Shown: piece by piece, positions 32,513 through 45,171 of the stretch | Numbering within the stretch: position 1 is the stretch's first letter | Layout: the number at the start of each line of letters is the position of its first letter | NCBI GenBank assembly: GCA_963514005.1 | Contig: OY740792.1 | Coordinates: 31,496,001 to 31,560,000, forward strand | Length of the DNA stretch: 64,000 nt | Source of the DNA: Raja brachyura | Lineage: Eukaryota | Reading direction: 5' to 3' | Made by a program: the position numbers and the translations under genes | Notes under the pieces: model-generated | Database searches by the model: none | Seen by the model: only the letters and a program-made list of their open reading frames with translations | Told to the model about the DNA's origin: nothing

Positions 32513-33561
32513 AGGGCCTGTCCCACTGACGCGACTTTTCAGCGACTGTCTTCGACCTTCAAGCTCGAGGGCACTCACCTGAAAAACCTCGAGCTGGATC
32601 GACTGTCAGTGATGAAACCGCGAGCTGGATTGACCATCTGCACACACACTAATCGCAAAGGCGGGGGCCAGGGAAAGCGGGGGAGCGCTGTCTGTAATTC
32701 ACACCCGTGATGAACAGGAAGTTAAAAGACAGCTGGCACCGTTACAGTAAGTCCTTTAGAGAGCGCGGAGAGAAGGGGAGAGAGGGAGAACGGGAGAGAG
32801 GGGGAGAGAAGGGGAGAGAAGGGGCGGGGAGAAGGAGTGGAGACACTTTTAAGAAGCCAGACAACTTTTAATAAAGTTTAGCGGCCATTTAACATTACCG
32901 GTCGGTTTACTTACCTATTTTTTCTCAACGAGCTTTACCTTCGACTACCTTCAATTACCTGCGATTGCCTTTGATTACCTAGGATAGCATTACGACCTAC
33001 TACGATCTATCTCAACTAAACCTACAAGTAAAAAAAATTGATTTTTTCCATGGCGACCTTTTTTTACTCGCGGGCATTTTACAGCATGTTGAAAAAAATG
33101 CCACGAACTAGCTGAGGCCTCGAGTATGCGGGGATTACTCTCGAGCATGAAGGAGCGTTACAAAGACCTCCTAGGACCTTGTGTCGACCATGCTGCGAGT
33201 ATGAGTCGAGGGCAAACTCTTCTAAACTCGCGAATTAGGTCTTAACTTCCTGTTCATCGCGGGTGTGAATTTCAGACAGTGCTCCCCCGCATTCCCTAGC
33301 CACCTTTGCGATGTGTTTGTGTGTGTGTGCAGACAGTTGATCCGGCTCGCGGTTCCATCGCTGACGGTCAATCCAGCTCGAGGTTTTTCAAGCGAGTGCC
33401 CTTGAGCTTGAAGGTCGAAGGCAGTCACTGAAATGTCGCATTAGTGGGATAGGCCCTTTACAAAGATCTCCTAGGACCTCGTGTCGACCATGCTGCGAGT
33501 ATGAGTCGAGGGCAAACTCTTCTAAACTCGCAAATTAGGTCCTCGCAGTGGGACAGGCCCT
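32513..33561. mobile_element. Composite Harbinger-type MITE with an internal inverted left end and a duplicated right end
   Basis: TIRs at 32513, 33457 and 33561. 33243-33457 is an inverted copy of ~32513-32725, and 33458-33541 repeats ~33158-33241. Confidence 0.82.
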
Positions 33562-33934
33562 TTATATGGCCCTGTTGACTGCAAACTGCATTCTGCTTTG
33601 TAATATTTCTGTGCGTGATTTCATTAGCTGAAGTACACCATTTTTCATTTTTTAATATAAACTGTGCATTTTGCTGATGTGATTTATTATTTGATTTTAA
33701 TGAATGGAATTAAAATAATGACAACTTTCACAACAAGCTCATGAATGCAAGAGTCTGGAATTGAATCATTTTGCCTCTGATGGGATCATGCAAAAAATAC
33801 AGATGAGGACGGGTATTCAGCTTCCCTAAAATTGAAGCTCCTTACTCACATCCCCTCCACATGTGATTCAATGCGGATCGCAAAGTCAGTATGAGGTACA
33901 CCAGCAGGATTAGCAGCCATTTCACAATGAACGA

Positions 33935-34262
33935 GTGGCACTGTGGTGCAGCTAGTAGAGCCACTGCCTCACAATGTCAGAGACTTTGTTTTGACCTTCA
34001 ATAGTGTCTACATGGAGCTTGCACTTTCTCCCTTAGGTTTCTTCCAGGAGCTTTTAGTTTCCTCCCACACCTTAAGATATGCAGGGTTAACAGGCAATAG
34101 TACATAATCCCTCCTGCATAGTTGAATCTGAGGCAAAATTGGTGGCATGTGGGTAGAATTTTAAAATTTGATTTATTGATGAGTAGTGCAAATGGGTGGT
34201 TGATGATCTATGTGGAGAGTGGGCCAAAGGGTTCATTCTGTGCTGTATCTCTCTATGGTTCT
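33935..34262 (+). mobile_element. tRNA-derived V-SINE (HE1-like), degenerate
   Basis: A-box-like GTGGTGCAGCTAGTAGAGC, V-domain-like GGAGCTTGCACTTTCTCCC...TTTCCTCCCACA, and tail TGCTGTATCTCTCTA. Confidence 0.7.
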
Positions 34263-34582
34263 AAAAGCAACTTGCATGCAGTTACAATAATTTTCTGTCG
34301 TACGACTGAAATCTGAGGGCCATCACTATTATTTCCTTCCTTTTCCCTGCATTGGGCTGGGATCATTTCTAGGAATAAAGCAGCGAATGCTGAAAATACC
34401 CAATAGCTGGCGGCCTCTGTGGAGAGCGAATCCAGAGATCATAGGATTCAATAACATTCTATCACGCGTCAGGGGTTCACAATTGGATTTGAACATCTTC
34501 ACCACAGAGAAATCTAAAAAGGAAGCAGAATCTTGAAACATGACAGATGACGAGATAAAAAATAAATTAGGAGCAGTAGAAG

Positions 34583-34676
34583 AACATAAAATGCAGAAGT
34601 AACTCAACGGATCAGGTAGCATCTCTGGAGGACATGGATAGACAACGTTTCGGGTCGGGCCCCTTCTTCAGACAAT
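34583..34676 (-). mobile_element. Penelope pseudo-LTR-derived repeat with hammerhead core
   Basis: Minus strand: UGU-CUGAAGA-AGGGGCCCGACCC-GAAA-CGUUGUC. Confidence 0.7.
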
Positions 34677-36708
34677 GGGTTTAGGAGCAGGATTCCTAAA
34701 TTGCGATTGGATTCCTTCAACCTGTACGAAAATGCTGAGGTTATGAAATAGATTATTGCTGGGATCTTCCCTGATTGGCATCTGTAAATTCAATGGCTAG
34801 GAACCTCCCAGAAACCAGCGATCTGTCCATCAATGTTACTTTTTAAGAAACATTCAGTGCTTGAAATGGAAATGTGAGGAGGGGAGGAATTAAGAATCAT
34901 TATATATCCTGCTTAACCCGCTTGAATAATATTTCTAATTACGGGTCTGAAAGATGGTGGCTCCTTATGCCCTCCTCAGGTCCTGCAATCAGAAGGACCC
35001 AAATCCCAAAAGTCATGTGGGTTGGTGGGTTAATTGGCTGCAATAAATAACCTCTCATGCAGGTGTGTGATGCAATCCATGGAAAGTTGGTGGGAATCTG
35101 GTGACATGATCTAACTTCTGGGGATAACATATACATTAAGTTGTCTTGTAAGCAAACTGTTGTGAAGCTGCAGTATGCTCTTTCACTGAGATGTAGCTTG
35201 ATGGTCTTGCTCTTACTGCCTTGGTGGGTCTTGGTAAATCCCTTTTAGATTCTTGGTGGGTCTTACTCTTACTTGGGCAGCAATGTTTCTGCGTTCAAGA
35301 TCCTGGCTAATGCTCCAGCAAAGTGCATAGGGAAGAGGTGCACAATCAGATTCGCTGCTTCTCACATGCATACATTGCAAGAGGAGGCCATTTAGCCCAT
35401 CCATTTAATGCTGGCTCCTTCTAGGCCAAACCCATCAGCACCAATTCCCCCTCTCTTTCCCCACAGCTTATAAAATGATTATTTCTCAAGCACCTCGGGG
35501 TATGCATGAATAGTTGCTAGATGATCAGCAGGGAGTCGATGGGCGAAGTGCCTGTTTCAGTGCTGTATGACCAGTAAGTTTACCCACACAACTTACTTTT
35601 GACAATCCTGATTGTGATGGACGTTTCACCATCCAGGGGTATTAAAAGTTGGAACGGATTCAAAGATAAGCAGAAATGGTCTTTTCAACATCCTGCCAAT
35701 ATTTATCCTTCAGCAGAATCTCTGATCCCTAAGCAAATCACAGCCTACAAACTGACTGTTATATTCCCCTCACTACAAAGGTAATAACATCTGAAAAATT
35801 CTTCCCTGAGTGAGAGAGTTAGTGCCTTTCTTTCCTTTTTTTAATTTAAAAATATACATTTTATCTGGACATCTGGAAATAGTTATTTCATGGCTAATCC
35901 ATTAACTCAGAATTCAATCTTTTAATATTTTGCATGAATCCCTGGAGACAGCTGCACAGAGAGTGGATGGATTGGTGATAATATTCCAACACGACAGGGA
36001 TGCTGCAGGAATATTATGACTGTGAAATGCAGTGGGAAATTATTCAAAAGCAAACCTGGAAGCTGCTGCTTTGCGGGGGCGAGAGGCTGTGGACCAAGTA
36101 TGGTGGAAGGGGCAAGGAGGTCGGGAGGAGAGGGCTCACAAGCCCCTCGAGGGGCAGCCTTTGGTCTCACAGCTCACACCAGCAGCAAGTCAAGTGCGGC
36201 AGCCTCATCGCCCACACATGTCTCCGATTCTTGCCAGCAGACATCCTTCGTGCTTGCAGGACTTGATACTCCACAGAAGGCAGCACACAAAATGGCAGCA
36301 GGTTACGAGTTTATATCCCATTTTGGGGCAATTATTTTCAAAAATAAACTTTATTCAGAATTTAAAAAATCTATCTACCTTCTATCTATACTATTACTGA
36401 AACTCTCATCTTGATCACTTCCGGTCTGCGTTGTTTTTAAATTTACGGAAAAATGGTAACCTATATTGCTAGGATTTTCTCCTCTGCTCCAAGCCACCAG
36501 GTTTTGTTCTGCTCAGTGGAATATTAGAAAAGTTATAAATGTTTAAAAAATCGGAGATCAGCAGATTGGTCTTCTCGCCTGTCAATCACCATGAAGGTAA
36601 CACACCTTCGGGGGGCAAGGAGAATAAAGCCTCGGAGGCCAGGCATGAGTCAGTCAGCCCGGAAGCCATGAGTGGAGTTGAGTCCAGAACTGTGAGTCTA
36701 CAAGCCAT

Positions 36709-36835
36709 GCTGAGTCCGCAAGTCGCGCTGAGTCCGTAAGTCGCGCTGAGTCCGTAAGTCGCGCTGAGTCCGGAACTCGCGCTGAGTCCGGAAGTCGCGC
36801 TGAGTCCGGAAGTCGCGCTTGAATCCGGAAGTCGA
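36709..36835. repeat. 18-bp minisatellite (GCTGAGTCCGKAAGTCGC), about 7 copies
   Basis: Direct tandem units visible. Confidence 0.9.
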
Positions 36836-36839
36836 GCCC

Positions 36840-37294
36840 GAGTCCAGAGGTCCACAAGCTGTGAGGGCGTGAACTATGAGTCCACAAACCGTGCGTGACT
36901 GAACTGTGAGTCCATAAGCCATGAGCGACTGAACTTTGAGTCCACAATCTGTGAGTGACTGAACTGTAAGTCCACAAGTCGTGAGCGACTGAACTCTGAG
37001 TCCACAAGCCATGAGTGACTGAACTGTGAGTCCACAAGCCATGAATGAGTGAACTGTGAGTCCGCAAGCCGTGAGTGAGTGGACTGTAAGTCCACAAGCC
37101 ATGAGTGAGTGAACTGTGAGAGCACAAGCCGTGAATGAGTGAACTGTGAGTCCACAAGCCGTGGCTGAGTGAACTGTGAGTCCACTAGCCGTGGCTGAGT
37201 GAACTGTGACTCCACAAGCCGTGGCTGAGTGAACTGTGAGTCCACAAGCTGTGGCTGAGTGAACTGTGAGTCCGCAAGCCATAAGTGAGTGAAC
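36840..37294. repeat. 30-bp minisatellite (GAACTGTGAGTCCACAAGCCRTGRSTGAST), about 14-15 copies
   Basis: 30-bp periodicity with no unique spacers. Confidence 0.93.
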
Positions 37295-37949
37295 CCCCGC
37301 CCACACACCCCCATCCTCCTCCCCTCGCACACTCGCCCAGAGGCAGGCCACGGCAGTGGTAGGCCACGGCAGCGCTCCCCCACCACCGGCCCCCGCCTGA
37401 AGCCGTCCCCTCCCCAGCTACAGAACACTCCTGCCAGCCCCCACCTGAAGCCTCCCTGTCCCCAGCTGCAGACTAGCCCAAGAATCCATTCAGCCCACAA
37501 TGTCCATATTATCCCTCTGGAAACAGCCCACAACATGCATACTAACCTTCCAGAAAGCCCCCCATTGACCACCACCAGAAGCCTCCCCCTCCCCAGCTGC
37601 AGGACACTCCCCCCTGCTCCACCGGCCCCCAACAGCCCCGCCAGAAGCCATGCCCCTCCCCAGGCTGCAGGATGCAACAAGAAATGCAACAAGAAAGAAT
37701 GGACTGAATAAATCTCTTCTTTAACATTTAAATTGTTGTTGTATTTTAAGAGTTATTCACATTTTAAGCTTTAATAAATCCCTTTTCCACTTGCCGTGCC
37801 CGTCAGCTGCACCTGCGCAGTAATACCTGCGTGTTCTACGTCACAATGGGAACTAAATGGGAGGGAATGGCTGTGTCACCGGAGAGCCGCTATAAGTGGA
37901 TGGGGTGGGGGGGAGGGATGGAGTGAGTGCATGGGGGGAGGGGGGAAGA

Positions 37950-38080
37950 GATAGTTGGTAAAGATAATAAATTGTCCCTAGTGATAGGATAGTGTTAGTG
38001 TACTGTAGATCACTGGTCAGCGCAAACTCGGGTGGGCTGAAGGTCCAGTTTCTGCACTGTACCTCTAAACTAAACTAAAA
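37950..38080 (+). mobile_element. V-SINE/HE1-like 3' half
   Basis: TAAATTGTCCCTAGTG...CTGTACCTCTAAACTAAACTAAA tail. Confidence 0.65.
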
Positions 38081-38379
38081 CATTGTTTTTTCCCCCTGTA
38101 TTTCATGACTGTGCTCAGCAAAGCGCATTCACAGTGAAGCAAGCCCAAAGAGAATCCTCACTGCATGATGGGGACAATCTTTCTCTGATCCCTTGCTGTT
38201 GCCCAAGGCATTGGTCATCTTATCATAAGATCATTGGGGATGAATTAAGCCACTTGGCCCATCATTGCTGTTCTGCCATTCAATCATGACTGATCATGTT
38301 TCTCTCTCAAGCCCATTTATCTGCCTTCTTTGACACCATGTTTAATGAAGATGTTACCATGACATCCTCTTCCTTAAGG

Positions 38380-39835
38380 CTGTGAATTGCAGAGCCCCCT
38401 CCCCCGTGAACCTTTTGGAAGGAGTAGCACGAGCACATTTCACCCTGCTCCACAGCGCAGACACTGGATCGGAAGGTGATCTTGGCGGATTCTGAGACAA
38501 ACAGTACAGCTTTCTGCATCTTCACCTATCAGAGTTCCTCCCATAGCAAGATGTCCATTAGGGAATGCTGCCAACTGGCCTATTCCAGACTCCAGGAGTA
38601 TGTACTGAGAGACTCGCTGTGGTTTGGTGCAGCCAATGCAAAGGCTTTGTGGGGGAGGACTGCAGTCTTGGGTCCTTCCACTGCTGAACATAGAGGGGTG
38701 GAATAACACCCCATAGTAACATTAGCAAATTTGCAGAAGACACAAAGCTGAGTGGCAGTGTGAGGTGGATGCTACGAGACTGCAGGGTGACTTGGACAGG
38801 TTGGGGGAGTGGGCAGATGCATGGCAGATGAAGTTGAATGCGGATAAATGTGAGGTTATCCACTTTGGTAGCAAGAACAGGAAGGCAGATTATTATTTAA
38901 ATGATGTCAAGTTGTTAAAAGGGGAAGTACAATGGGATCTGGGGGTCCTTGTACATCATTCTATGAAAGTAAGCATGCAGGTACAGCAGGCAGTGAAGAA
39001 TGCCAATGGCATGTTGGCCTTTATAACACGAGGAATCGAATATAGGAGCAAATAGGTCCTTCTGCAGTTGTACAGAGCCCTAGTGAGACCACACCTGGAT
39101 TATTGTGTGCAGTTTTGGTCCACTAATTTGAGGAAGGACATTCTTGCTATTGAGGGAGTGCAGCGTAGGTTTACAAGGTTAATTCCTGGGATGGCGGGAC
39201 ATATGCTGAGAGAATGGAGCAGCTGGGCTTGTATACTCTGGAGTTTAGAAGGATGAGAGGGAATCTCATTGAAACATGTAAGATTGTTAAGGGTTTGGAC
39301 ACGTTAGAGGCAGGAAACATATTCCCGGTGTTGGGGGAGTCCAGAACCAGGGGCCACAGTTTAAGAATAAGGAGTAAGGCATTTTGAATGGAGACGAGGA
39401 AACACTTTTTCTCACATAGAGTGGTGAGTCTGTGGAATTCTCTGCCTCAGAGGGCGGTGGAGGCAGGTTTTTTGGATGCTTTCAAGAGAGAGCTAGATAG
39501 GGCTCTTAAAAATAGCGGAGTCTGGGGATATGGGGAGAAGGCAGGAACAAGGTACTGATTGGGGATGATCAGCCATGATCACATGGAATGGCGGTGTTGG
39601 CTTGAAGGGCCAAATGGCCTACTCCTGCACCTATTGTCTATTTTGTATTGTCTATTGACACACCTCAAACAAGGGAATGAACATCACCCCTGTAGCAAGA
39701 GTGTTTTGTTTAAAGATCGGCATAAACACTGAGTATGACCCTATTGTATAGACACTGAGAAGGTGTGAAGAATATTTGCACAGTTTTTGTTTAGTATATT
39801 TTTTTTAATTCTGAATAAATTTTACATTTGGTAAA
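38380..39835 (+). mobile_element. Tx1/L1-like LINE 3' fragment split by a CR1 insertion
   Basis: ECCQLAYSRLQEYVLRDSLWFGAANAKALWGRT C-terminal-like peptide. The 3' UTR resumes at ~39658 and ends near GAATAAATTTT. Related sequence occurs at ~57750-57850. Confidence 0.5.
38713..39657 (+). mobile_element. 5'-truncated CR1 LINE (RT C-terminus plus 3' UTR), pseudogenised
   Basis: KFAEDTKL (FADD variant), LQGDLDRLGEWADAWQMKLNADKC, YRALVRPHLDYCVQFW and IEGVQRRFTRLIPG. CTATTGT tail. Confidence 0.93.
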
Positions 39836-40174
39836 TAGAATGGGTGACGGATAAGCCTCCTGTTACACATGGTAATGAATTAACATGAAATGTCATTCTT
39901 ATTTGTTGGAATTATATTTAAGAGATTAATTTCCTCAATTAGATTTTGATGCGAGTAATTTTATCAATTATATTTAACCTTATCTGTGATGTTATAGCAT
40001 TATTGTTAACATTTAAAAAAGAAAGAAATCACTTGTGTTGCTCTTACACCCTTTGCCTCTCTAATAGGATATTCCAAAGCACTTTATGGCCAATTAAAGC
40101 TAAAATGTAATCTCCGTTCAGTGGAGGAACTACAGTACAGACAAGGATTTACGGGACCTGACTCTTGGCCATAT

Positions 40175-40507
40175 AAAGCAAAAAAGGCTATTTGGCCCAC
40201 AGCTGATCATCAACCTTTATTTTAGAGCAGTCCCACACTGATTCCACTTCATTCTTCCCAAGTCTCCATCGATTCCCCTCCCCACAATCCACCACTCACA
40301 CCAGGGTGATTTACAGCAGCCAAATATCCCATCAACTAATACATCTTTGGGATGTGGGAGGAAGCTGGAACAACCGGAAGAGACCACCCCATGGAATCAC
40401 AAAAAAACTTTCATACTCCACAAAGGCAGCACTTGATATCAGGATTGAATCCGTGTTGCTGGAGTTGTGAAGCAGCAGCTCTACCTGCAGTGCTGATGCA
40501 CTGCCCT
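40175..40507 (-). mobile_element. V-SINE (HE1-like), degenerate
   Basis: CTTTGGGATGTGGGAGGAAGCTGGAACAACCGGAAG is the reverse complement of a V domain. Confidence 0.65.
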
Positions 40508-41936
40508 GATTCAAGGATAGAATGAACTAATTAAATCAAGCCAATTAATACTAGGCAGAGGGTGGAAGTGTTTGGACACATTTAATTATATTGCGATGAT
40601 GAATGTTATCATAATTCACCCGAAATGTTCTCAAAGTGTCATTGGCTTTTTTTTCCAAAGAACTAAGCTCTTCTTGTAACAAAAGCCTGCTGTGTTTGCA
40701 GTAAGACGATGCCTGGATATTTTTAGCTTAATGAAAGGTGAAAGAGCATTGCTAAATTTGGAGTGCACAATCACAGTTTGTCATGTACAGTGCTTCTAAA
40801 ACAGAGGAGGCAGGGTTGTAGATTCTTGGGGTGCTGAGACCGTTTCTGGGGAACGTTAGCCAAGGTTTCCCTCAACTGTGGGCAGGGTTGCCAGTCCTGT
40901 TGAAAGATGGTTTAACTGAGCTTGGCAGGGCCACAGGAAACAGAGCAGAGGTTTTTAAGGGAGTCCTTGGGGTTCTGAAAATGGTAGATAAGAATTGAAT
41001 GAGAGTGTTTGGAAGGCAGACCAAACAAAGGTTAGAAAATAGACACAAAAGATATCCGGCTGTACTAATTGTTTATACAGAAAAGCAAGGAATTTATTGA
41101 ACGAGGCAGATGAGCCGAGGGCAATGAGAGGCATGTGAGGTATTACGCATTAGCTGTCATTGAACCAGGGGCAGGGCAGGCTGTTTACCAATTCTGGTTG
41201 AAGGGTTTTCAGAAGAGGTAGAAGGATAATAAGTTAGAGGTGAGGTAGCAATATTTGTCAAAGAAATACTACCCTCACATTTTGCAGGTGCAAATGAATT
41301 GCTTTGATTTCAGTGCGGAGGCTCGATAAAGAACATGGCTCCTTATTTTTATGGCCCGAGGGCCAGTACGTGGAGCAGCAGCGGGAAGCAGTGCAGGGCC
41401 TCGATGCTGACGAGGGCCACTAGAGGCCCCGCAACAGCCTGGGGCTTGGCCCAGCGGCTCAGCGAGCCACCGCTTCATCCCAACCACAGGCCCGGCTCGC
41501 TGGGAGAGCGAGGGCTGCCGAGTCCGGCCCCTGCTCATCCCATGGATCGGGAATCGGAGAGGAGGTGAAGGGAGATGACGACGGCGGCAGAGGCTGGACA
41601 AAGGGCCCCGGGGGGGGGGGGGGGGGGGAGGTCTTACCTTCTGTGCCCCCGAGGTCATCGGCCGGAGGCGGCCCCAGCGGAACAAGGGCTGAAGAGGGCC
41701 CAGCATGGAGAGGGACTTCGGATCGCGGGACGACCGGAATGGAGGTGACGGCTGCAACGGCGTTGTGGCTAGCTGTAGCCGGGTCTGTAAAATGGTGGCA
41801 AAATGGCGCCTCTTGCATATGGACTCAGTGGGCTGTTCTGTGCATATTGTACTGGCCGGAGGATTGTGTTTATGTACTGGGTCTTGCTGAGCTGTGTGCA
41901 AAAAACGTACTTCACTGTACCTGGTACAAGTGACAG

Positions 41937-43928
41937 CAGGGCCGGCCTTCGGAGGTGCGGGGCCCAATTGGGAACAATTTTGGTGAGCCCTAAGTCCCTA
42001 GCCAAGGTCTGTAGAAACATAGAAATACAAATAAAGTCTATTATAGACTTTATATCTCTTTGGTAGAATGGAAAATAATCAAAATGTGCGCTTAAAAAGT
42101 GCCTGCGAGTTAATGGACCAAACAGATCTAAGCCACATTTTAATATAAAATTGCATACATGCAAGCCTAGAAGTAACAAACAAAATGCGTGGATCACCTC
42201 TGAAAAGTGCATAGTTACAATACCACTTGTTTTAGTGACTGTGAAATGAAAAAAAAATAACTAGAGCCTGGAAAACCAATACCATTGGCGAAAAACCAGT
42301 CCAGGCATTACATTTTGGGCTTCAGCCCCATCCTACCCTTTGGGCTTCTACCCCATCCAAACATAGTTGTGTGTGTGTCTTCGTTGTATGTATGTTAGTT
42401 GTCTGTGCATTATGTGTGTGTGAGGGAAGGGGAGAAATGAGGGAGGGAAGTAGAGAAAGAAGGGTGGGAGGGAAGGAGAGAAAGGAAAAGAGAGAGGAGG
42501 GAAGGAGAAAAGGGAGGGAAGAAGGAAAGGGAGGGAGGCAAGGGAAGGAGAGGGCCGGCGACGGGAACAGATGCCGGGGCCCGGGTGTGAGCTGAGGCCA
42601 AGGTTTGTAAACGTTGCTCCAACCCCGGGCCCGGCCCTCCCTGTATTGTTCACCGCATCTTCCCGGAGAGAGAGAGGGGGGGAACCGGGGCTGTGTGCGT
42701 GAAGCACGGCGACTGGAGGGGCGGGAGCGCTGCCCCCGGGATCGTGAGGGCGCCTCCCCTTCTCCATTCCCCCTCACACCCCCTCCCCGTCTACCCCTTT
42801 CTTCCCCCTCTACTCTCTCTCCCCCCTTCATCCGGGGTAGATCTACCCGATTACTCTAAAGCAAAGCTGAGAAATTAAAGGATAGACAAAAATGCAGCGG
42901 ATCGGGCGGCATTTCTGGACAAAAGGAATATGTGACATTTTGGGTCGAGACCCATCTTCAGACGGACTCAGTGGAAAGAGGAACTCAAACCATCCTCTTC
43001 CCCCCCCCCCCCCCCCCGACACGGACATGGAGCGATCGGTGGCCCCACTTTCTTTGGTAAACATCGGTTTGTGTGTGTGGTTGTTTGGCGGAGTCTGAGG
43101 GGAGAGCGAACGTGTGGACAGACGGACAAAAGCAACGATCATAGAGCGGAATAGGTGACCAAAGATCTTTGAAGGTGACATTTCGGATCGAGACCCTTCT
43201 TCAGACTGAGTCAGGGGAAAGAGGAGCAAGAGATATAGACGGTACTAAGGACAAATGAATGGAAGATATGCCTATATCTCCCGTTTCTCTTTCCCTTGAC
43301 TGTCAGGGGGGTTACACAAAAAGCTGGAGAAACTCAGAGCGTGCAGCGAAGGAGATAGGCGACGTTTCGGGTCGAGACACCCTCGCACAGTCTCAAGAAG
43401 GGTCTCGTCCCGAAATGTCCACCTATGCCGCTCTATGATCATCGCTTTCCTCCATCTGTCCGCACGTTCGCTCGCTCTTGGTGCCGGTGCTTCTCCCCTC
43501 ATGGCAGCTATCAAAAAAGTCGACCCGAAATATCACCTAGTCCTCTCCAGTGATGTTGCCTGATCCGCTGATTTACTCCAGCCTTTTGTGTCATCTTCGG
43601 TTTAAACCAGCATCTGCAGTTCCTCCCTGTACAAGGTATGTGCCGTTTAAAAAGAAAATGTTAAAAAACATTTAAAAACACATAAACTGTTCCCACGCAA
43701 CGCTGCGAGAGTCATAACTGAAGTCGGGTCGAGGTTACTGAAATGACAGAAGTTGAGCTCCGTGCGTACTACATGTCAGTCCATTGTATTTCGCAGGAGT
43801 GGACCATCTTGCGCACTATAAGAGCTTTGCACCAATTGATCCCAGAGCGGAGCTCTCGGATCTTTTGATTACTCTAGCGCAGGGCCCAACTGGGAGCAAT
43901 TGGCCCAATCGGCTTAAGGCCGGCCCAG
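41937..43928. mobile_element. hAT-type non-autonomous DNA transposon with nested Penelope-derived pieces
   Basis: TIR CAGGGCCGGCCTT / AAGGCCGGCCCAG (1 mismatch). 8-bp TSD AGTGACAG at 41929-41936 and 43929-43936. Inserted in the tail of a GC-rich retroposon (~41470-43970). Confidence 0.88.
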
Positions 43929-44574
43929 AGTGACAGTAAAGAAACCATTGTACCATTGAACCATTGAACCTCTTTCCAGTGGCCCTGGTAAATTTGAAGG
44001 GAGCTTTGGAAACAGGACCAAGCTTAGTTTAAAGGGAGGATGGGAAATGGGACCCTGATCAGTTTAAGGGAAGTGCAGGAACCAGGGGCCCAGAGAGATT
44101 AATGGGAGCTTTGGAAATCGGAACTAGATGAGTTGAACAGGGCCCTGGGAATCATGTGGGGTGAAAATGAGCAGGAACCAGGGACCAAGTAGTTGAAAGG
44201 GTGGAGCTGAATGGGTGAGGCAGCTTTAGATTTCAGTCTTGTCAGATAGCAGAGTACATGAGTTTATCGTACCTAAATAATTATCTCCAAGTTTCAGGAC
44301 ACTGCGGTTGTTGGCTTATTCTTGATTATTAATGATTTCCTGCTGGTACTCCTTCACTGTTGGAACAAGAGCTACCTGGGTTGTGGGTCCTGATCAGAAC
44401 CTTGAGCAACGTGCAACACTATTAAACACTATTCTGCGACAACAGGGGGAAGAAAATGGGCTATTGGCGGCACAAATAGGGGGACGGTAGCGAGTTGAAG
44501 GGAATCTGTTGTGGGAGCTCGCTGGAGGGTGGGTCCACAATAGTCAGACGATTCGGATGAAGGCAGAGACAAGA

Positions 44575-44908
44575 AGAGTTAAGAGTCAAGAGTCAGGTCA
44601 AGGGTGTTTTATTGTCATATGTCCCAGATAGAACGATGAAATTCTTGCTTACTTGCTGCAGCGCCACAGAATATGCAAATATAGTATGATATGACAAACG
44701 AGTGAGAGAAAAGTAAAGCTCAGTGTGTGTATATACATATTCACACAACATACCCATATATATATAAACACACACAAACAAAACGGTATAACAATAATAA
44801 TAATAATAATAATAGTCTATTGTAGTTCAGAGCCTATATGAGGTTGTAGTGTTTAATAGCCTGATGGCTGTTGGGAAGAAGCTGTTCCTGAACCTGGATG
44901 TTACAGTT
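44575..44908 (-). mobile_element. Rex1/L2-like LINE 3' end
   Basis: Reverse-complement match to 60250-60550, with a (TCTTGAC)n tail. Confidence 0.7.
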
Positions 44909-44972
44909 CTGCACCCCTGGTGCAGATTCACAGAGTATCGCCTGCAGAAGCTGCAGTGCAAGCCCTTCTTTT

Positions 44973-45171
44973 GTAGGAAGGAATTGCAGATGCTAGTTTA
45001 AATTGAAGATAGACACAAAACGCTGGAGTATCTCAGCGGGACAGATAGTATCTCTGGACTGTGAGATTCAGTCGGACGAAGGGTCTTGACCCGAAACACC
45101 ACTCCTTCCTTCTCTCCAGAGATGCAGCCTGTCCTGCTGAGTCGCTCCAGCATTTTGTGTCTATCTTCGGT
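44973..45171. mobile_element. Palindromic Penelope-derived short element
   Basis: Arms GAAGATAGACACAAAACGCTGGAG...TCTCTGGA and TCCAGAGA...CTCCAGCATTTTGTGTCTATCTTC flank a degenerate hammerhead core. Confidence 0.8.

Noticed and set aside
33935-34010. tRNA gene
   Set aside because: Only a degenerate A box and no cloverleaf. It continues into a V-SINE body.
36840-37294. CRISPR-like array
   Set aside because: Units are contiguous with no unique spacers, there are no cas genes, and the context is eukaryotic. It is a minisatellite.
36586-37711. Long ORFs of 140-272 aa
   Set aside because: They arise from stop-free tandem repeats and G/C-skewed sequence, are open in several frames, and show no domain motifs.
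41275-43230. CpG-island promoter or GC-rich host exons
   Set aside because: The GC-rich sequence lies mostly within a retroposon and a TSD-bounded hAT element, and the ORFs are low complexity.
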